In this document: positions 1 through 10,890 of the stretch, piece after piece
How positions within the stretch are numbered: position 1 is the stretch's first letter
Layout: every line of letters begins with the position of its first letter
Source of the DNA: an uncultured bacterium
Lineage (GTDB): Bacteria > Verrucomicrobiota > Verrucomicrobiia > Limisphaerales > UBA8199
DNA: 64,000 bases
NCBI GenBank assembly: GCA_963749495.1
Contig: CAVVMW010000008.1
Coordinates: forward strand, 128,001 to 192,000
Reading direction: 5' to 3'
Position numbers and translations under genes: made by a program
Notes under the pieces: generated by a model
Told to the model about the DNA's origin: nothing
What the model saw: only the letters and a program-made list of their open reading frames with translations
The model's database searches: none

Positions 1-1
1 C

Positions 2-1300
2 CTCGCGACGCCAACGCTCAATGAGGTTCGCTCGGAATTTGAGCGGGCCCGTGGGCTGGTAGCTGGGCTGAAGCCATCGCCGCAGTTGGAGTTGGCCATC
101 AGCGGCGACACTGGGGCGGGCTCGTTTGGCAGTGAGCAGGCTTTGGGTGCGTTCTTGACTGCGCTGGCCGGCCAGGCCCGCCTTATGCCGGCTGGTTCGG
201 GGCCTGAGAAGTTGTGGACTGACTTTGACCCGGCAGGACGCCAGGCCCGGCAGTTGCACGAGTTGGATCGACACAACCAGAAACTGCTGGCCGAGAGCCC
301 TTACACGCGCCAGAAATTCATGGCCAACCTGGATACCACGTCGCCGGAGAAATTCCGCCAGAGTGCCGAGAGCTATCGCCATTTCTTTTACGACGAGGTG
401 ATTGGGCGTTTCGACGAGCCCCTGCTGCCGGCTAATCCCCGTTCACGAGTGAAGTATGACCAGCCCAAGTGGACTGGTTATGAGGTCGTGCTGGATGTCT
501 TTCCGGACGTGATCGCTTATGGGGTCCTGCTGTTGCCCAAAGACCTCAAACCCGGTGAACGGCGGCCCGTCGTAGTTTGCCAGCACGGCCTGGAGGGCCG
601 GCCGGAAGACACGATCACGGGCAACTCCGGAGCCTATCACGATTTTGCCGCCAGGTTGTGCGAACAGGGCTTCATCACGTTCGCGCCTCAGAACTTGTAT
701 CTCTTCCGTGACCGCTTTCGCACCCTTCAACGCAAGGCCAATCCGTTGGGCAAGACCCTGTACTCGCTCATCGTGCCTCAGCACCAGCAAATCACTGAAT
801 GGCTCAAGGCGCAGCCGTTTGTGGACCCGGCGCGGATTGGCTTTTACGGCCTGAGCTACGGCGGCAAGACGGCCATGCGCGTACCGGCCCTGGTGACCAA
901 CTACTGCCTGTCCATCTGTTCGGGCGATTTCAACGATTGGGTGTGGAAATGCGCGTCCACCCTCAGCCCTTACAGTTATGTCCGGATGCCCGAATATGAA
1001 ATCTTCGAGTTCGACCTGGGCAGCACTTTCAATTACGCCGAAATGGCGGCCTTGATCGCCCCACGCCCATTCATGGTCGAACGCGGACATTTCGACGGGG
1101 TGGCGCCGGACGAAACCGTGGCGTACGAGTTCGCCAAAACGCGGTTTCTTTATGAGGCCCGGTTGGGACTTCGCGACCGATGCGCCATCGAGTGGTTCAC
1201 CGGCCCCCATACAATCAACGGCAAGGGGACTTTTGACTTTTTGCACCGGCATCTGGATTGGCCGGTCGCCGGCGCCTCGCCGCAGGCAAAAGCCCCGTAG
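2..1300 (+). CDS. alpha/beta hydrolase (dienelactone hydrolase-like), 5'-partial
   Basis: Frame open from the window edge; CQHGLEG oxyanion segment, GFYGLSYGG nucleophile elbow, C-terminal GPHTING His. Confidence 0.85.
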   Translation, partial: LATPTLNEVRSEFERARGLVAGLKPSPQLELAISGDTGAGSFGSEQALGAFLTALAGQARLMPAGSGPEKLWTDFDPAGRQARQLHELDRHNQKLLAESPYTRQKFMANLDTTSPEKFRQSAESYRHFFYDEVIGRFDEPLLPANPRSRVKYDQPKWTGYEVVLDVFPDVIAYGVLLLPKDLKPGERRPVVVCQHGLEGRPEDTITGNSGAYHDFAARLCEQGFITFAPQNLYLFRDRFRTLQRKANPLGKTLYSLIVPQHQQITEWLKAQPFVDPARIGFYGLSYGGKTAMRVPALVTNYCLSICSGDFNDWVWKCASTLSPYSYVRMPEYEIFEFDLGSTFNYAEMAALIAPRPFMVERGHFDGVAPDETVAYEFAKTRFLYEARLGLRDRCAIEWFTGPHTINGKGTFDFLHRHLDWPVAGASPQAKAP

Positions 1301-1383
1301 CGGCTTGGGTCCCGGAGTCTCCATGAACCCGAATCCGACATTTCCTTAAAGCGAATGAACAAACCAACAGCGCTTTGTCTTGC

Positions 1384-3642
1384 ATGAAATCAGGCTGCCT
1401 TTGCTTGTGGGCTGCTTTAACTGCCAGTGCTGCATGGGTCCACATTGCCCCGGCCGACGAGGAGATCGACAGACTTGGAGTAAGGTCCGACACCGCCCTG
1501 ATGCGCCAAGAGCACCCCCGCCTGCTGTTCACCAAGGCGGATCTCGGGGCGCTTCGCGCTCGCATTGCGACGCCTGGGCTGAGGGACATCTACGCGCGCC
1601 TGAAGCAGACCGTCGATGCCCAATTGGCTCAAGGGATGGCCCATGTGCAATCCCAAGGCGCGGCCAGGATGCTGGTGCCGCTGGGTCTGCTCTACCACCT
1701 TACGGGCGAAGCAAAGTACGGGCAGGCCTGCCGGGAGTTGACTCGAAACGCCCCCTTCGGCGTTTACGCGACGGAAGGGGCTTACGGATATGACCTGGTT
1801 TATGACTTGCTGTCGCCGGAGGAGCGCCGCCAATGCGAACAGAAGATGCTCGCCTACATCCAGCGGCCCTATCCCGAGGGCAGTGTGCTCATCCAGTGCC
1901 TGGCCTTGTGGGGAAGCGGCGAGAAGGACGACCTGGTCGCGCGCAAGCTCAGCGAGATGCGCCAATGGTGCCTCGCGCGAAGGGAGTATCTCAACGCCTG
2001 GGCCGCTGATCGCGGAGGCGATGGCAACAGCCACGGTTACATCGGCCAGCACGAGTATGTTGGCACCATGGGCGCCTTCCAGGCCTGGCGGGCCGCCACA
2101 GGCGAGGACTGGTTCGAGGGGTTTAACTGGGCCAGGACCATGGCGCCCTATTACCTCTACCACACGCTGCCCAATCGGCGGCTCACGGTGAACATCGGGA
2201 TCAACTCCTGGGGCGCCCGCCATGCGCCCATCGAGACCGGCGCCGAGGACTTTGTCTCCATCGCCCAGGCCAAGTGGCGGTGCGGGCTGACGGGATGGTG
2301 GACGCGGAACATCGTCTGCGGCAGCACTGCTTACTACGATATCCTGCACAATGACTGGGGCATGCTGCTGTTCTATGACCCCGAGGTGCCGGACTTGGCG
2401 CCGGAACACTTCCCGCCGGACATGCTGTTCCGCACGCGCGGGTACGTCTGCGTGCGCAGCGATTGGGGCCCGGACGCCACGTTTGTTCACTTCCACTGCG
2501 GGCGGTTCGAGACCGACGGCCGCAACCACGGTGACAACAACTCGTTCATCATTTACCGCAAGGCCTACCTGGCATGCGACAGCGGCACGCGCGGCCTCAA
2601 CAACCCCGAACAGCAGCAATACTCGGATGGCAAGCACCATGAGAATTACTTCGCTCAAACGATTGCTCACAACTCGATCACGGTTGACACCAACAGCGAC
2701 CCGAGTCCGCTTTGCCACACGGTGCTGGGCGGCCAGGTCTCACGCGTGCCGTTCGAATGGCTCAAGGAATACGGGCTGCCTGCAACCGACGAGAACCGTT
2801 GGAGCCGCCAGGCCGGTGTGATTCAGGCCTACGAAACCACACCCGAGTTCTGCTACGCCGCGGGTGACGCCCGCTGCTCCTATGATCCGAAGGTGGTCAC
2901 CGCCTTTACTCGGCAGTTCCTTTACCTCCGTCCGGGCGTGGTGGTGATCTTCGACCGCGCGCGCGCGGCCAGGGCGGGCGACGTCAAGCGCTGGTATCTG
3001 CACACCATGGCCCAGCCGCAGTGCCTGGACGGGCAGCTCGTGCCGGACACACGCGTGCACACTAACGGACATTTTCTTGCCACCGGCCGCGTACTGCGCG
3101 CGGCGCATGGCGGCAGCGCGCTATTCTGCCGAACGTTGCTCCCGCGCCAGGCCAGCATCCGCGTGCTCGGCGGCAAGGGCCACCAGTTCGAGGTGAATGG
3201 CGAGAACTGCGACATGTACAACGTCTGGTGGGAAAAGGTCGGCACGCCAGCTTATCAGGAGGAAATCGGCATCGGCTGGTGGCGCGTGGAGGTCGAGCCG
3301 GAGGTACCGCGAACCGACGACGTCTTCCTGCACGTGCTCTGGGCCAGCGACGACACGGTGCAAACGATGTTTCCGGTGGAGACCCTCGAGGCAGCCGGCC
3401 AGGCAGAGGCGAAATTCTCCGTGGATGGCCTCGAAGTAACTGCGACCTTCCGTATGACCGGTGACATCGGCGGCCATCTGAGACTGGTCCGGAATGGCGA
3501 AGCGATCTGCGATTGGCCCCTGGCGAAAGGGATCGAGGATAGCTATCAGAAATGGACGAACGATCCTCGCTTTGGCGCGTGGAAGACGAACCCATTCATG
3601 CGAGCTGCCTTGGGCGCGGAGGATCCGGCAACAAAGCCATGA
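1384..3642 (+). CDS. Heparinase II/III-like polysaccharide lyase, secreted
   Basis: Signal peptide; alpha-helical N-half; RSDWGPDA, NHGDNNSFIIY and QTIAHNSITV motifs of the Hepar_II_III C-domain. Confidence 0.75.
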   Translation: MKSGCLCLWAALTASAAWVHIAPADEEIDRLGVRSDTALMRQEHPRLLFTKADLGALRARIATPGLRDIYARLKQTVDAQLAQGMAHVQSQGAARMLVPLGLLYHLTGEAKYGQACRELTRNAPFGVYATEGAYGYDLVYDLLSPEERRQCEQKMLAYIQRPYPEGSVLIQCLALWGSGEKDDLVARKLSEMRQWCLARREYLNAWAADRGGDGNSHGYIGQHEYVGTMGAFQAWRAATGEDWFEGFNWARTMAPYYLYHTLPNRRLTVNIGINSWGARHAPIETGAEDFVSIAQAKWRCGLTGWWTRNIVCGSTAYYDILHNDWGMLLFYDPEVPDLAPEHFPPDMLFRTRGYVCVRSDWGPDATFVHFHCGRFETDGRNHGDNNSFIIYRKAYLACDSGTRGLNNPEQQQYSDGKHHENYFAQTIAHNSITVDTNSDPSPLCHTVLGGQVSRVPFEWLKEYGLPATDENRWSRQAGVIQAYETTPEFCYAAGDARCSYDPKVVTAFTRQFLYLRPGVVVIFDRARAARAGDVKRWYLHTMAQPQCLDGQLVPDTRVHTNGHFLATGRVLRAAHGGSALFCRTLLPRQASIRVLGGKGHQFEVNGENCDMYNVWWEKVGTPAYQEEIGIGWWRVEVEPEVPRTDDVFLHVLWASDDTVQTMFPVETLEAAGQAEAKFSVDGLEVTATFRMTGDIGGHLRLVRNGEAICDWPLAKGIEDSYQKWTNDPRFGAWKTNPFMRAALGAEDPATKP

Positions 3643-3648
3643 AGCCCT

Positions 3649-5406
3649 CTATTCACCCGGCCGGGCGGAAAGCTCGCTCATGAGCCACATGGCGTAGCAG
3701 ACCATTGGGGTCCAATACTCGCACGTCTGCCAACTGCCGGGTTTGAGATCGGGCGCGTCATCTGGCGTGCCGCCGATGCCGTTCATGACGGCGCCATCAA
3801 TGAGCGGCGTCACTGGCTTGAACTCGCCCGTCACAAACTGCTTGGGCTGGTTGTGCCCCACGCCGGTCATGGTGCTGGCATCGAACGGGTTCACGCCCAG
3901 TATCCAGTCGAGCTGCCGCTGCGCCAGCGCAGCTAGGTGCGGTTCTTTCAGGAGCCTCGCGGCTTGAGCCAGACCCACCCCTGTGGATGCGAGGTTGGCG
4001 TTGATTCCCACCCACCACCGCCGGCCGGGTTCCATGAAATAGCGATACGAGTACTCGCCGGCGCGCCGGCTGCCGCCAGGGTCTTTGGAATAAAGGCCGA
4101 ACGGAGCGATGGCAAAGGCGTTGCGGGCCATCAGGGGCGCCAGGTAATCATCGACATAGAGGCGAATCGTTTCTCGCCACATGGGCGCATCGGCGTCGTT
4201 TGGAAAACGGTCTAACGCCATACACAAACCAATGAGATGCCAGCACCCATGAGAGATGTCGCGGCTGGGTTCCCCATCAGTAGGCGAGGTACGGAAAAAG
4301 CCACGGACGGCGCTGGCTCCCTCTGTCCGTTGTGGCGCCTGCAGAACCACAAGGCGCCGGGCGTACTCGGTGGCCAGTGTGCGGTATTGATCATTACCCA
4401 GGGTGCGGTGGAGTTCCACGCAGGCCGCCACGGCGGCGCCCAGGTCGGTCGCCGTGCGCCCGGCGTTGGTCTTCCGGCACCAGGCCAGGCAGCGCAGCGC
4501 AGCCTCCCGGCACTTCGCGGCGTAATCAGGGTCGGCCTGCTGCATGAGGCGGGCGGTGGCGGCCTGCGCCATGATGAAGCAGAACTGGGCCGTGGCATTG
4601 CAGGCCTCGGTGTGGATGGGGCGGTCATCCTGGTCACCGACGGTGTTATCGGTCCAGCGGTTCCCGTCGTTGCCACCGCAGTAATTCATCACGAAACCGT
4701 CGGGGTCCTGCATCGCCAGGAAATAGCGGTTGCCCCAGCGCAACTCGGCGGGGATGGACGCTCGGCCCCATTCCGGACGGTGCAACTCCGCCACCCGGGC
4801 CAGGCCGATCATGCCGAAGATCGTGGCATCCACCCATTTGCGCAGATCACACGCATCGTGCCAGCCGCCGGTCACGTCCTCGTGCTGGCCGTTGTCACGC
4901 CGGCGGCCGTCATCGAGGTGGCAGGGGGCGTGGTACCCAGTTTCGCTCGGACCGCACCGTTGCTTTGAGAAATAGGCTACGGTTTTCCGCAGCGCGTCCT
5001 CGTAAGCGTCCGGCGCGATAACGAACGTGCCCGAGCGTCCGTTTCCGGTGCGCACCTGGAAGGAACCGGCGCGGTCCAAGGCGCTGAAATCCCCGACCTG
5101 CCAGGAGCCAAGGTCGGGACCCCCAAGCGTGGTCCGCCCCCGAAAGGCAGCTTGGCCTGTGGCGGTGTTGACGATTTCAAAGTCCTCCGGCGTGGTCCCC
5201 TCGATGAGACAGAACTTGGCAGCTTGGAGTGCAAAACCAACGTGATTGACGAGAATCCGCGGCCCGTTTTCACCGAGCTTGGGCGAAAGGGCGGACTCCG
5301 ACTCGCCCAACGCCGGTGAGTTGGCGGCGAGCGCTGCAGCCGATAAACGAGCGACAAACAAAAGAGCGACTATTGCTTCACCGAGCAGGCGAGCGAACGA
5401 GTCCAT
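3649..5406 (-). CDS. Glycoside hydrolase family 9-like protein (Ig-like N-domain + (alpha/alpha)6 barrel)
   Basis: ILVNHVGF (CelD_N-like), DVTGGWHDACDLRK, QLDWILGVNPF, WQTCEYW; start chosen at the ATG before the signal-like stretch. Confidence 0.8.
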   Translation of the reverse strand: MDSFARLLGEAIVALLFVARLSAAALAANSPALGESESALSPKLGENGPRILVNHVGFALQAAKFCLIEGTTPEDFEIVNTATGQAAFRGRTTLGGPDLGSWQVGDFSALDRAGSFQVRTGNGRSGTFVIAPDAYEDALRKTVAYFSKQRCGPSETGYHAPCHLDDGRRRDNGQHEDVTGGWHDACDLRKWVDATIFGMIGLARVAELHRPEWGRASIPAELRWGNRYFLAMQDPDGFVMNYCGGNDGNRWTDNTVGDQDDRPIHTEACNATAQFCFIMAQAATARLMQQADPDYAAKCREAALRCLAWCRKTNAGRTATDLGAAVAACVELHRTLGNDQYRTLATEYARRLVVLQAPQRTEGASAVRGFFRTSPTDGEPSRDISHGCWHLIGLCMALDRFPNDADAPMWRETIRLYVDDYLAPLMARNAFAIAPFGLYSKDPGGSRRAGEYSYRYFMEPGRRWWVGINANLASTGVGLAQAARLLKEPHLAALAQRQLDWILGVNPFDASTMTGVGHNQPKQFVTGEFKPVTPLIDGAVMNGIGGTPDDAPDLKPGSWQTCEYWTPMVCYAMWLMSELSARPGE

Positions 5407-5965
5407 GGCTCCGAGGCTACAGCAGTCGGACAGGCAAGCAAAGGGCTCATTAGCCATTCCCCTCCTGAGGACATCCTGGCTTCCACCTTGGAGGCGGCGG
5501 CGGGTTGAACCCGCTATTGATTCCCAAATAAGTAATGCACCAGAATCTGCGACATCCCATGCTCCGCATCGCATTCGACGATTCCCCGCCTCGTTGGTGG
5601 CGCTGATCCGCGGGCGCATTACTTACCTGAAGGTCAATAATCGTCGGTGCACTCCTGGAATTGTGGCGCAATACCAAGAGGCAAGCGCCTGTTTGTCAGT
5701 TTTTCTGTCCCGTCACCGGCTGAAGAATTATCCTTGGCGTGCCCTGACAATTCAGCAAACACGTATGCATCGAATTTGCCTCGGAGCTGACCCGGTGAAC
5801 CAATCGGCCCGAGGTTGGGAATGAACCTCTATGAAGCCATCGCGAAGCTAGAGAATGTTGGCCTGGGTGCGGTATCGATGGACTTCGGGCCCACCTGCCG
5901 GGCGTGTGCCAGGGGCACGAGCAAACAGACGAATGCCGTGAGTGTCGGGAAGAGACGTAGTCTGT

Positions 5966-7735
5966 TCATTCGGCTTTCAGAAGGTTAACGACCACAATGC
6001 CTTCCAGCTTCACGTCCTGCTTGCCGCCCAGGTCCAGAGCTTGGTCCCTGACCACGGTCTCCCAGAGCTGGAGCCTCGGGTCGCCGCCCTTCACCACGAT
6101 CCGCCTGGCGGCCGGGTCATAGGTGAACTCGGCCCACGACTGGCCATCGCGGAGAACCTTCCTGGGTTTAGTCGGCAGTGGCACCGACCAACTTCCATCG
6201 GCTTCGCGTCTCCAGCCTTCGATCAGGTCTGCCCCACTGATAACCGCCCGCTCGCCTTCCATGGCGCGGACCGTCACGCAGTCGTTCCTGGGCCGCAGCA
6301 TCTCGCGGTACACGCCCCCGCGCAGCACGATCGTCTCGCCCGATTCCGCAACGGCACAGGCCTTGGCCAGGCTGGCCAGCGGCACGGCCGGATAGCCCCA
6401 GCCCGGATCGTCGGCGGCGGCGGGATGCCGGGGATCAACGTAGTAAACATTTGGATACTCCAGCGCCCCAATGGTCGCTCCGTCCTTGCCCGCGCCGGCG
6501 GCCGGACTGCCCTTTCGCAAACGGAAATCCCGTTTCTCCGCGTCCCGCAACAGGGGGTCCTTGCCGTTGATGTTGTTGTCCATCGCCAAGGGCGCGGTTT
6601 TGAACGCCAGGTTGTATTCGACCAGCGGATTGGCCGGCGTGAAGTCGTCCTTGCTGCCATCGAGCACGGCCTGCTGCATGTCGTAGAAGAGGTTGTTGCG
6701 AATTTCACCATGAGTGGATTCCTGGCCGCGCAGGCCCACCCCGCACCAGGCGATGTCGGCGAAGGTATTGTTCTCGACTGTGACGTCCGGCGTCTGGATG
6801 ACATCCAGCCCCCACGCACCCCGATAGGTGGGCAGGATGGAGGAATAGAGGTTGTGCCGCCAGGTCCAGTTCCGCACGCTGCCGATGTTGGGTTTGCTCT
6901 CAACCATGGCTCCCTGGCCCCAGTCGAAGCAGGTGTTGTACTCGAAGAGCAGGTCCTGAGCCAGGGTGTCTTTGCCCATGAACGTCTGAATGCAGTCCAC
7001 GTGGGCGACTTTGATTTCGGACGTCACCGTGCCGTGGTAGTAATTATAGCGCTCAACGCAGCCCCGGCCAAAGAACCGCGAGTAGTCGCAGTCGTCGTAC
7101 CGGTTGCCCGGAGTGTACATGAACAGCCGGCTCACCTCGTTGTTTTCGACCAGCCAATGCTCCCCACCCAGGATAAAGCCGTATTGGCTGTGATAGACCT
7201 TGTTGTAGGCGATCCGGTTGTGGGCCACGGCGGAGTAGTCCCGCGGACCGTCGGCCACGGCCCGCCCGTAAGTGCCGTTGACCGCCATCATCATGTCATG
7301 GATGTAATTATCCAGCACCTCGCAGTGGCTCCCCGCCAATTGCACCGCAACCTCGGGCTTCTCGGCCGTGATCTCGAAACCTTCGATGCGGAGGTAGCTC
7401 CCCTCCAGGTCAAATCCGCCCACCACCGCCGTCCGCCGAGGCACGGCCCGCAACGTGATCGGCCGGCCTTCCGTGCCGCTCGTTCTGACTTTGACCCGCT
7501 CGTCATATTTGCCCCCCATAACCACGACGGTGTCACCCGGCCTGGCCACGTTGGCCGCGGACTGGACGGTCTTCAACGGTTTCTCCTCCGTCCCCGGGTT
7601 GGTGTCCGCCGCTTCGGGGGCCGCCTGGTCCACGACGTAGATGGCCGCGCGGGCTTGACCGGGGGCACACGCCGCCAAAACCAGACCTGCCACAGCCAGA
7701 CAGACGGCCATGATCGGCTGTTTCATGGCGATCAT
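5966..7735 (-). CDS. Right-handed parallel beta-helix protein with two DUF1565-like caps (pectin lyase fold)
   Basis: YVVDQ...NPGTEEKPLKTVQSAANVARPGDTV; second copy YYVDP...PLASLAKACAVAESGETIVLRGGVYRE; DFRLRKGSPA. Confidence 0.8.
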   Translation of the reverse strand: MIAMKQPIMAVCLAVAGLVLAACAPGQARAAIYVVDQAAPEAADTNPGTEEKPLKTVQSAANVARPGDTVVVMGGKYDERVKVRTSGTEGRPITLRAVPRRTAVVGGFDLEGSYLRIEGFEITAEKPEVAVQLAGSHCEVLDNYIHDMMMAVNGTYGRAVADGPRDYSAVAHNRIAYNKVYHSQYGFILGGEHWLVENNEVSRLFMYTPGNRYDDCDYSRFFGRGCVERYNYYHGTVTSEIKVAHVDCIQTFMGKDTLAQDLLFEYNTCFDWGQGAMVESKPNIGSVRNWTWRHNLYSSILPTYRGAWGLDVIQTPDVTVENNTFADIAWCGVGLRGQESTHGEIRNNLFYDMQQAVLDGSKDDFTPANPLVEYNLAFKTAPLAMDNNINGKDPLLRDAEKRDFRLRKGSPAAGAGKDGATIGALEYPNVYYVDPRHPAAADDPGWGYPAVPLASLAKACAVAESGETIVLRGGVYREMLRPRNDCVTVRAMEGERAVISGADLIEGWRREADGSWSVPLPTKPRKVLRDGQSWAEFTYDPAARRIVVKGGDPRLQLWETVVRDQALDLGGKQDVKLEGIVVVNLLKAE

Positions 7736-8028
7736 TGTCGTTCGCGGCGGCCTTCATTGTCCAGCCCCGATTCCCGGGGGATTGCTCCATGGCTCCAAGA
7801 TTTTGGTGGACCGGCGCACGATCGAGATCTGGGAGTGCGAACCGAAGATCTGCGCCGCGCCGTAGTTCCCATATCCGATGACCTCCCTATTGCTACAGGG
7901 CTACAGCATGTCGTGCTGAAACACTATCGAGCGAAGAGAAGATGACCAACCAGGGTTAGGCGCTGGGACGTGGTGATGGACGCCTTATCCGCTGGCACCG
8001 ACACCGTGCGGGGAATTAAGCTTGGGTC

Positions 8029-8206
8029 ATGATGCGACGCAGAACCTGTTTGAAATGCGCGGCCGCGGGCGCGCTGACGCTGGGGTTGCGCGGCGTTACC
8101 CTGGCGGCCACCCCACCCTCCGGACTCGCCGGCGCCGATGATGATGTGCGCCTCGCGGTGTGGGGATCGGCTTGGCCGAAGCCAAAGGGGACGTCGGTGG
8201 CCGGGA
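8029..8206 (+). pseudogene. N-terminal remnant of a Tat-exported Gfo/Idh/MocA oxidoreductase
   Basis: MMRRRTCLK Tat signal, then GADDDVRLAV; restoring one base gives VGIG...GDVGGRG Rossmann start; ends abruptly. Confidence 0.55.
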
Positions 8207-8218
8207 ACACCAACTCAT

Positions 8219-9526
8219 TTGAAGACACTCATCACACGAAGGCAATTCTTGCGTCATTCCGCCGCCGCCGCCGGCGCGCTCGCTCTGGCGGGACCGATGG
8301 CAAGCCCCAGCCGCGCCGCCGACACCAGCCCGGCGGAATGGCTGGCGGCGACAAGCGATCCGTTTCGCGACGAATTGCTTCGAGCTCGAAGGGACCTGCC
8401 GGACCGCGTGCGTGCATGCGCTGAGCCTCTACGAGGCGAGCCGGCGTTCGATCCGTCGCGGATCGATAGGCTCGCGGCAGGAATCCGGTTGCCGGCGAGT
8501 GCGCGTTTCGAGCATCCGCTGCTGGAGCGCGCCGTGCGCGTCGGCCTGGCGCACATCGAGGCAACGTTTCAAGGCGACCATCCCAAATACGGCGTCGGCA
8601 CTTGCGCCCGACCGGAGCACGACGGTTTTCCGCCGACAATCATTGCCACGGTGGACGCGCTCACGGTTTGGACAGGGACGGCGCGCGCCGAGCAACTGTT
8701 CGGCTACTGGCTGCGTCATTTTGTCCGTGCCGACGGCACGATCGCCTACTACGGCCCAGCGTTGAGCGAATACGGCCAGTTATTGACGAGCGCGAGGCGG
8801 TTGCTCAGCCGCGGCGGTTCGCGCGAGTGGTTCGCGCAGCATCGCGACGCGCTGGCGAGCCTCGCGCGACACCTGGAATCACTGCTGCGGCAGGATGGGC
8901 GCGTCCGGCTGGTCGCCGGCGTACCGGAAGCCGATGAGAAGAGCCAGGAGGCGACTTACTTCCACAACAACGCGTGGATTCTGCGCGGGCTGGATGATTG
9001 GGCCGCGCTGACGAAAACGCCGGCGGGGACGGCGGAACTGCGAAAACTCCTGCTCGACGCGATCCGCGAAGTCTGGCCGCGCGAGCGGAGCGATTGGTGG
9101 CTCAGCCCGACGGTGGAGACGAGCGGCTTCGCCGCGCGTCCACAGGGCAAGGTGACCGCGAACCGTTTCGGCAGCTACACCAATTATCGTTACTGGCCGG
9201 AGCTGCTGTCGAGCAGCGTGCTGCCGCGCCCGTGGATGCAGCGGGTCGTCAACGCGCGGTTGACCGGCGGGGGCCAGTTTTGCGGCATGACACGGTTCGC
9301 TGACTGTCTCGATGATTGGCCGCTGATGAATCACCTGGAGGGGCTTTGGGCGCTCGGCCGGCGCGACGACTATCGGCTGTGTCTCTGGGGACACATCTGC
9401 CATCACCAGGCCGAAGGCCATCTCACCGCTTATGAGGCGGTGACCTTCCCGCCCGGCCAGAAGGTTTCCGACTCTTGCCTGCCGTGCCAGTTGGTTGCGG
9501 TCCGCGCCGCGCGCCGCCTGGTTTGA
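8219..9526 (+). CDS. Tat-exported six-hairpin glycosidase-like hypothetical protein
   Basis: TTG start, ITRRQFL twin-arginine signal; helical Trp/Tyr-rich body. Confidence 0.6.
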   Translation: MKTLITRRQFLRHSAAAAGALALAGPMASPSRAADTSPAEWLAATSDPFRDELLRARRDLPDRVRACAEPLRGEPAFDPSRIDRLAAGIRLPASARFEHPLLERAVRVGLAHIEATFQGDHPKYGVGTCARPEHDGFPPTIIATVDALTVWTGTARAEQLFGYWLRHFVRADGTIAYYGPALSEYGQLLTSARRLLSRGGSREWFAQHRDALASLARHLESLLRQDGRVRLVAGVPEADEKSQEATYFHNNAWILRGLDDWAALTKTPAGTAELRKLLLDAIREVWPRERSDWWLSPTVETSGFAARPQGKVTANRFGSYTNYRYWPELLSSSVLPRPWMQRVVNARLTGGGQFCGMTRFADCLDDWPLMNHLEGLWALGRRDDYRLCLWGHICHHQAEGHLTAYEAVTFPPGQKVSDSCLPCQLVAVRAARRLV

Positions 9527-9790
9527 GCAGCGCGGCCCGGCGGCATTCGCAAGCGCGGCGGATGCCGGCTTCGGGAGTTCCGCGGCTCCCGCGTTAGCGT
9601 GGGTCTTCACGAAGCTCATCACCTCGACCACGAACGGTCTTGGTCTTGGGAGCTGCCCGCTATAGCATTGGGGCATGGAACTTCTCGGCAGGGTTAACGG
9701 ATTGCTCGCCGTCAGTGCGTTGGTGGCGACGGAATTGCTCCCGGCCGCTCGGTCACAGGTCGTGCGGGCGAGGTTGGACGTCGGACAACC

Positions 9791-10890
9791 ATGAGATTGC
9801 TCTCGACTTTTGTCCCGCCTCTCCTCCTGGCCGTGTTGCTGGGATCCACCTCGCGGGTGCAAGCCGCCGCAGTCCCAGCCGATCCCATCAAGGCCTTTTG
9901 CGTCGATTTCAACTGGGGCGAGGGCGGGCCGAACGGCTTTGCCCGGCCAGGGCTGTGGGCGGAGGCTTCGCCCGAGGAACACGTCGCCTGGTACGCCGCG
10001 CTGGGGTGCAATGTGATTCAGACCTTCGCGGTCTCCTGCAACGGCTACGCCTGGTATCGCGGCGGCCCCGTGCCGCCGCAGCCCGGCCTCAAGCGCGACT
10101 TCTTGACTGAAATGGTCAAACTAGGTCATGCCCGGGGCATGAAGGTGATGGGCTACTATTGCGTGGGGGCCAACACACTCTGGGGCCTGACGCATACCAA
10201 TCGCAGCTACGGCGCTCCCAGCGACCCGCACATTCCCTGACCAGGGAGTACCTGGACTACTTGTGCAAGTCCATCGAGGACGGCCTCAAGCGCACGGGGA
10301 TGGATGGCTTCATGATTGATTGGGTCTGGAACCCCGGGGACATCGGCGCCGTGAAAATGAGTTGGCTGGACTGCGAGCAGCAGATGTGGGGCGAACTGTT
10401 CGGTGAACCTTTTCCCGGCAAGGACAAGGTCGGCAAGGCGCAGGAATTGGAATTCCGGCGGCGGGCCATTGACCGCTGCTGGGAGCGGATTCGCGACACG
10501 ACCCGCCGCGTCAAACCGGACGCGGTGATCTGGTTGAGTTGCTGCGATGTGAGCTCGCGGGTAGTAGCCGGCTCGAAGCCCTTCAAGGAAGTGGACTGGC
10601 TGATGAATGAAGCCACAGACCCGAAGGCCCTCGAACAGATCGCGAGAATGAAAGGACCGCATACCCGTCTCGTGCAGTGCGTGGTCGGCTGGGGCGATGC
10701 GCACGATGCCCGGCGGATTCTACTGGGCGAGGCGGCCGGGCGCCTTGGCATCTACGGTTTCTCCAAGCCGGGGCCGAACTCACTGCCGCTGCCGGTGGAC
10801 GAATATCGCCGCCGTCCAATCAACTCCTTTCACGGCAACGACCGCAATATCGCCGCGCTGGCGCGCTACTTCAACGGGGAGTCGCTTGTT
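9791..10890 (+). pseudogene. alpha-L-fucosidase-like (GH29-like TIM barrel), frameshifted near 10236 and fused in frame to the next domain
   Basis: Signal peptide, DFNW, FAVSCNGYAWY, RDFLTEMVKLGHARGMKVMGY; restoring one C at cattccctga gives HIPLTREYLDY...DGFMIDW. Confidence 0.6.

Noticed and set aside
7950..7965. Integron attC core (GTTAGGC)
   Set aside because: No matching inverse core or cassette array; no intI
10235..10240. CCC-TGA as a programmed +1 frameshift or Sec codon
   Set aside because: The continuation lies in the -1 frame; a missing C explains it
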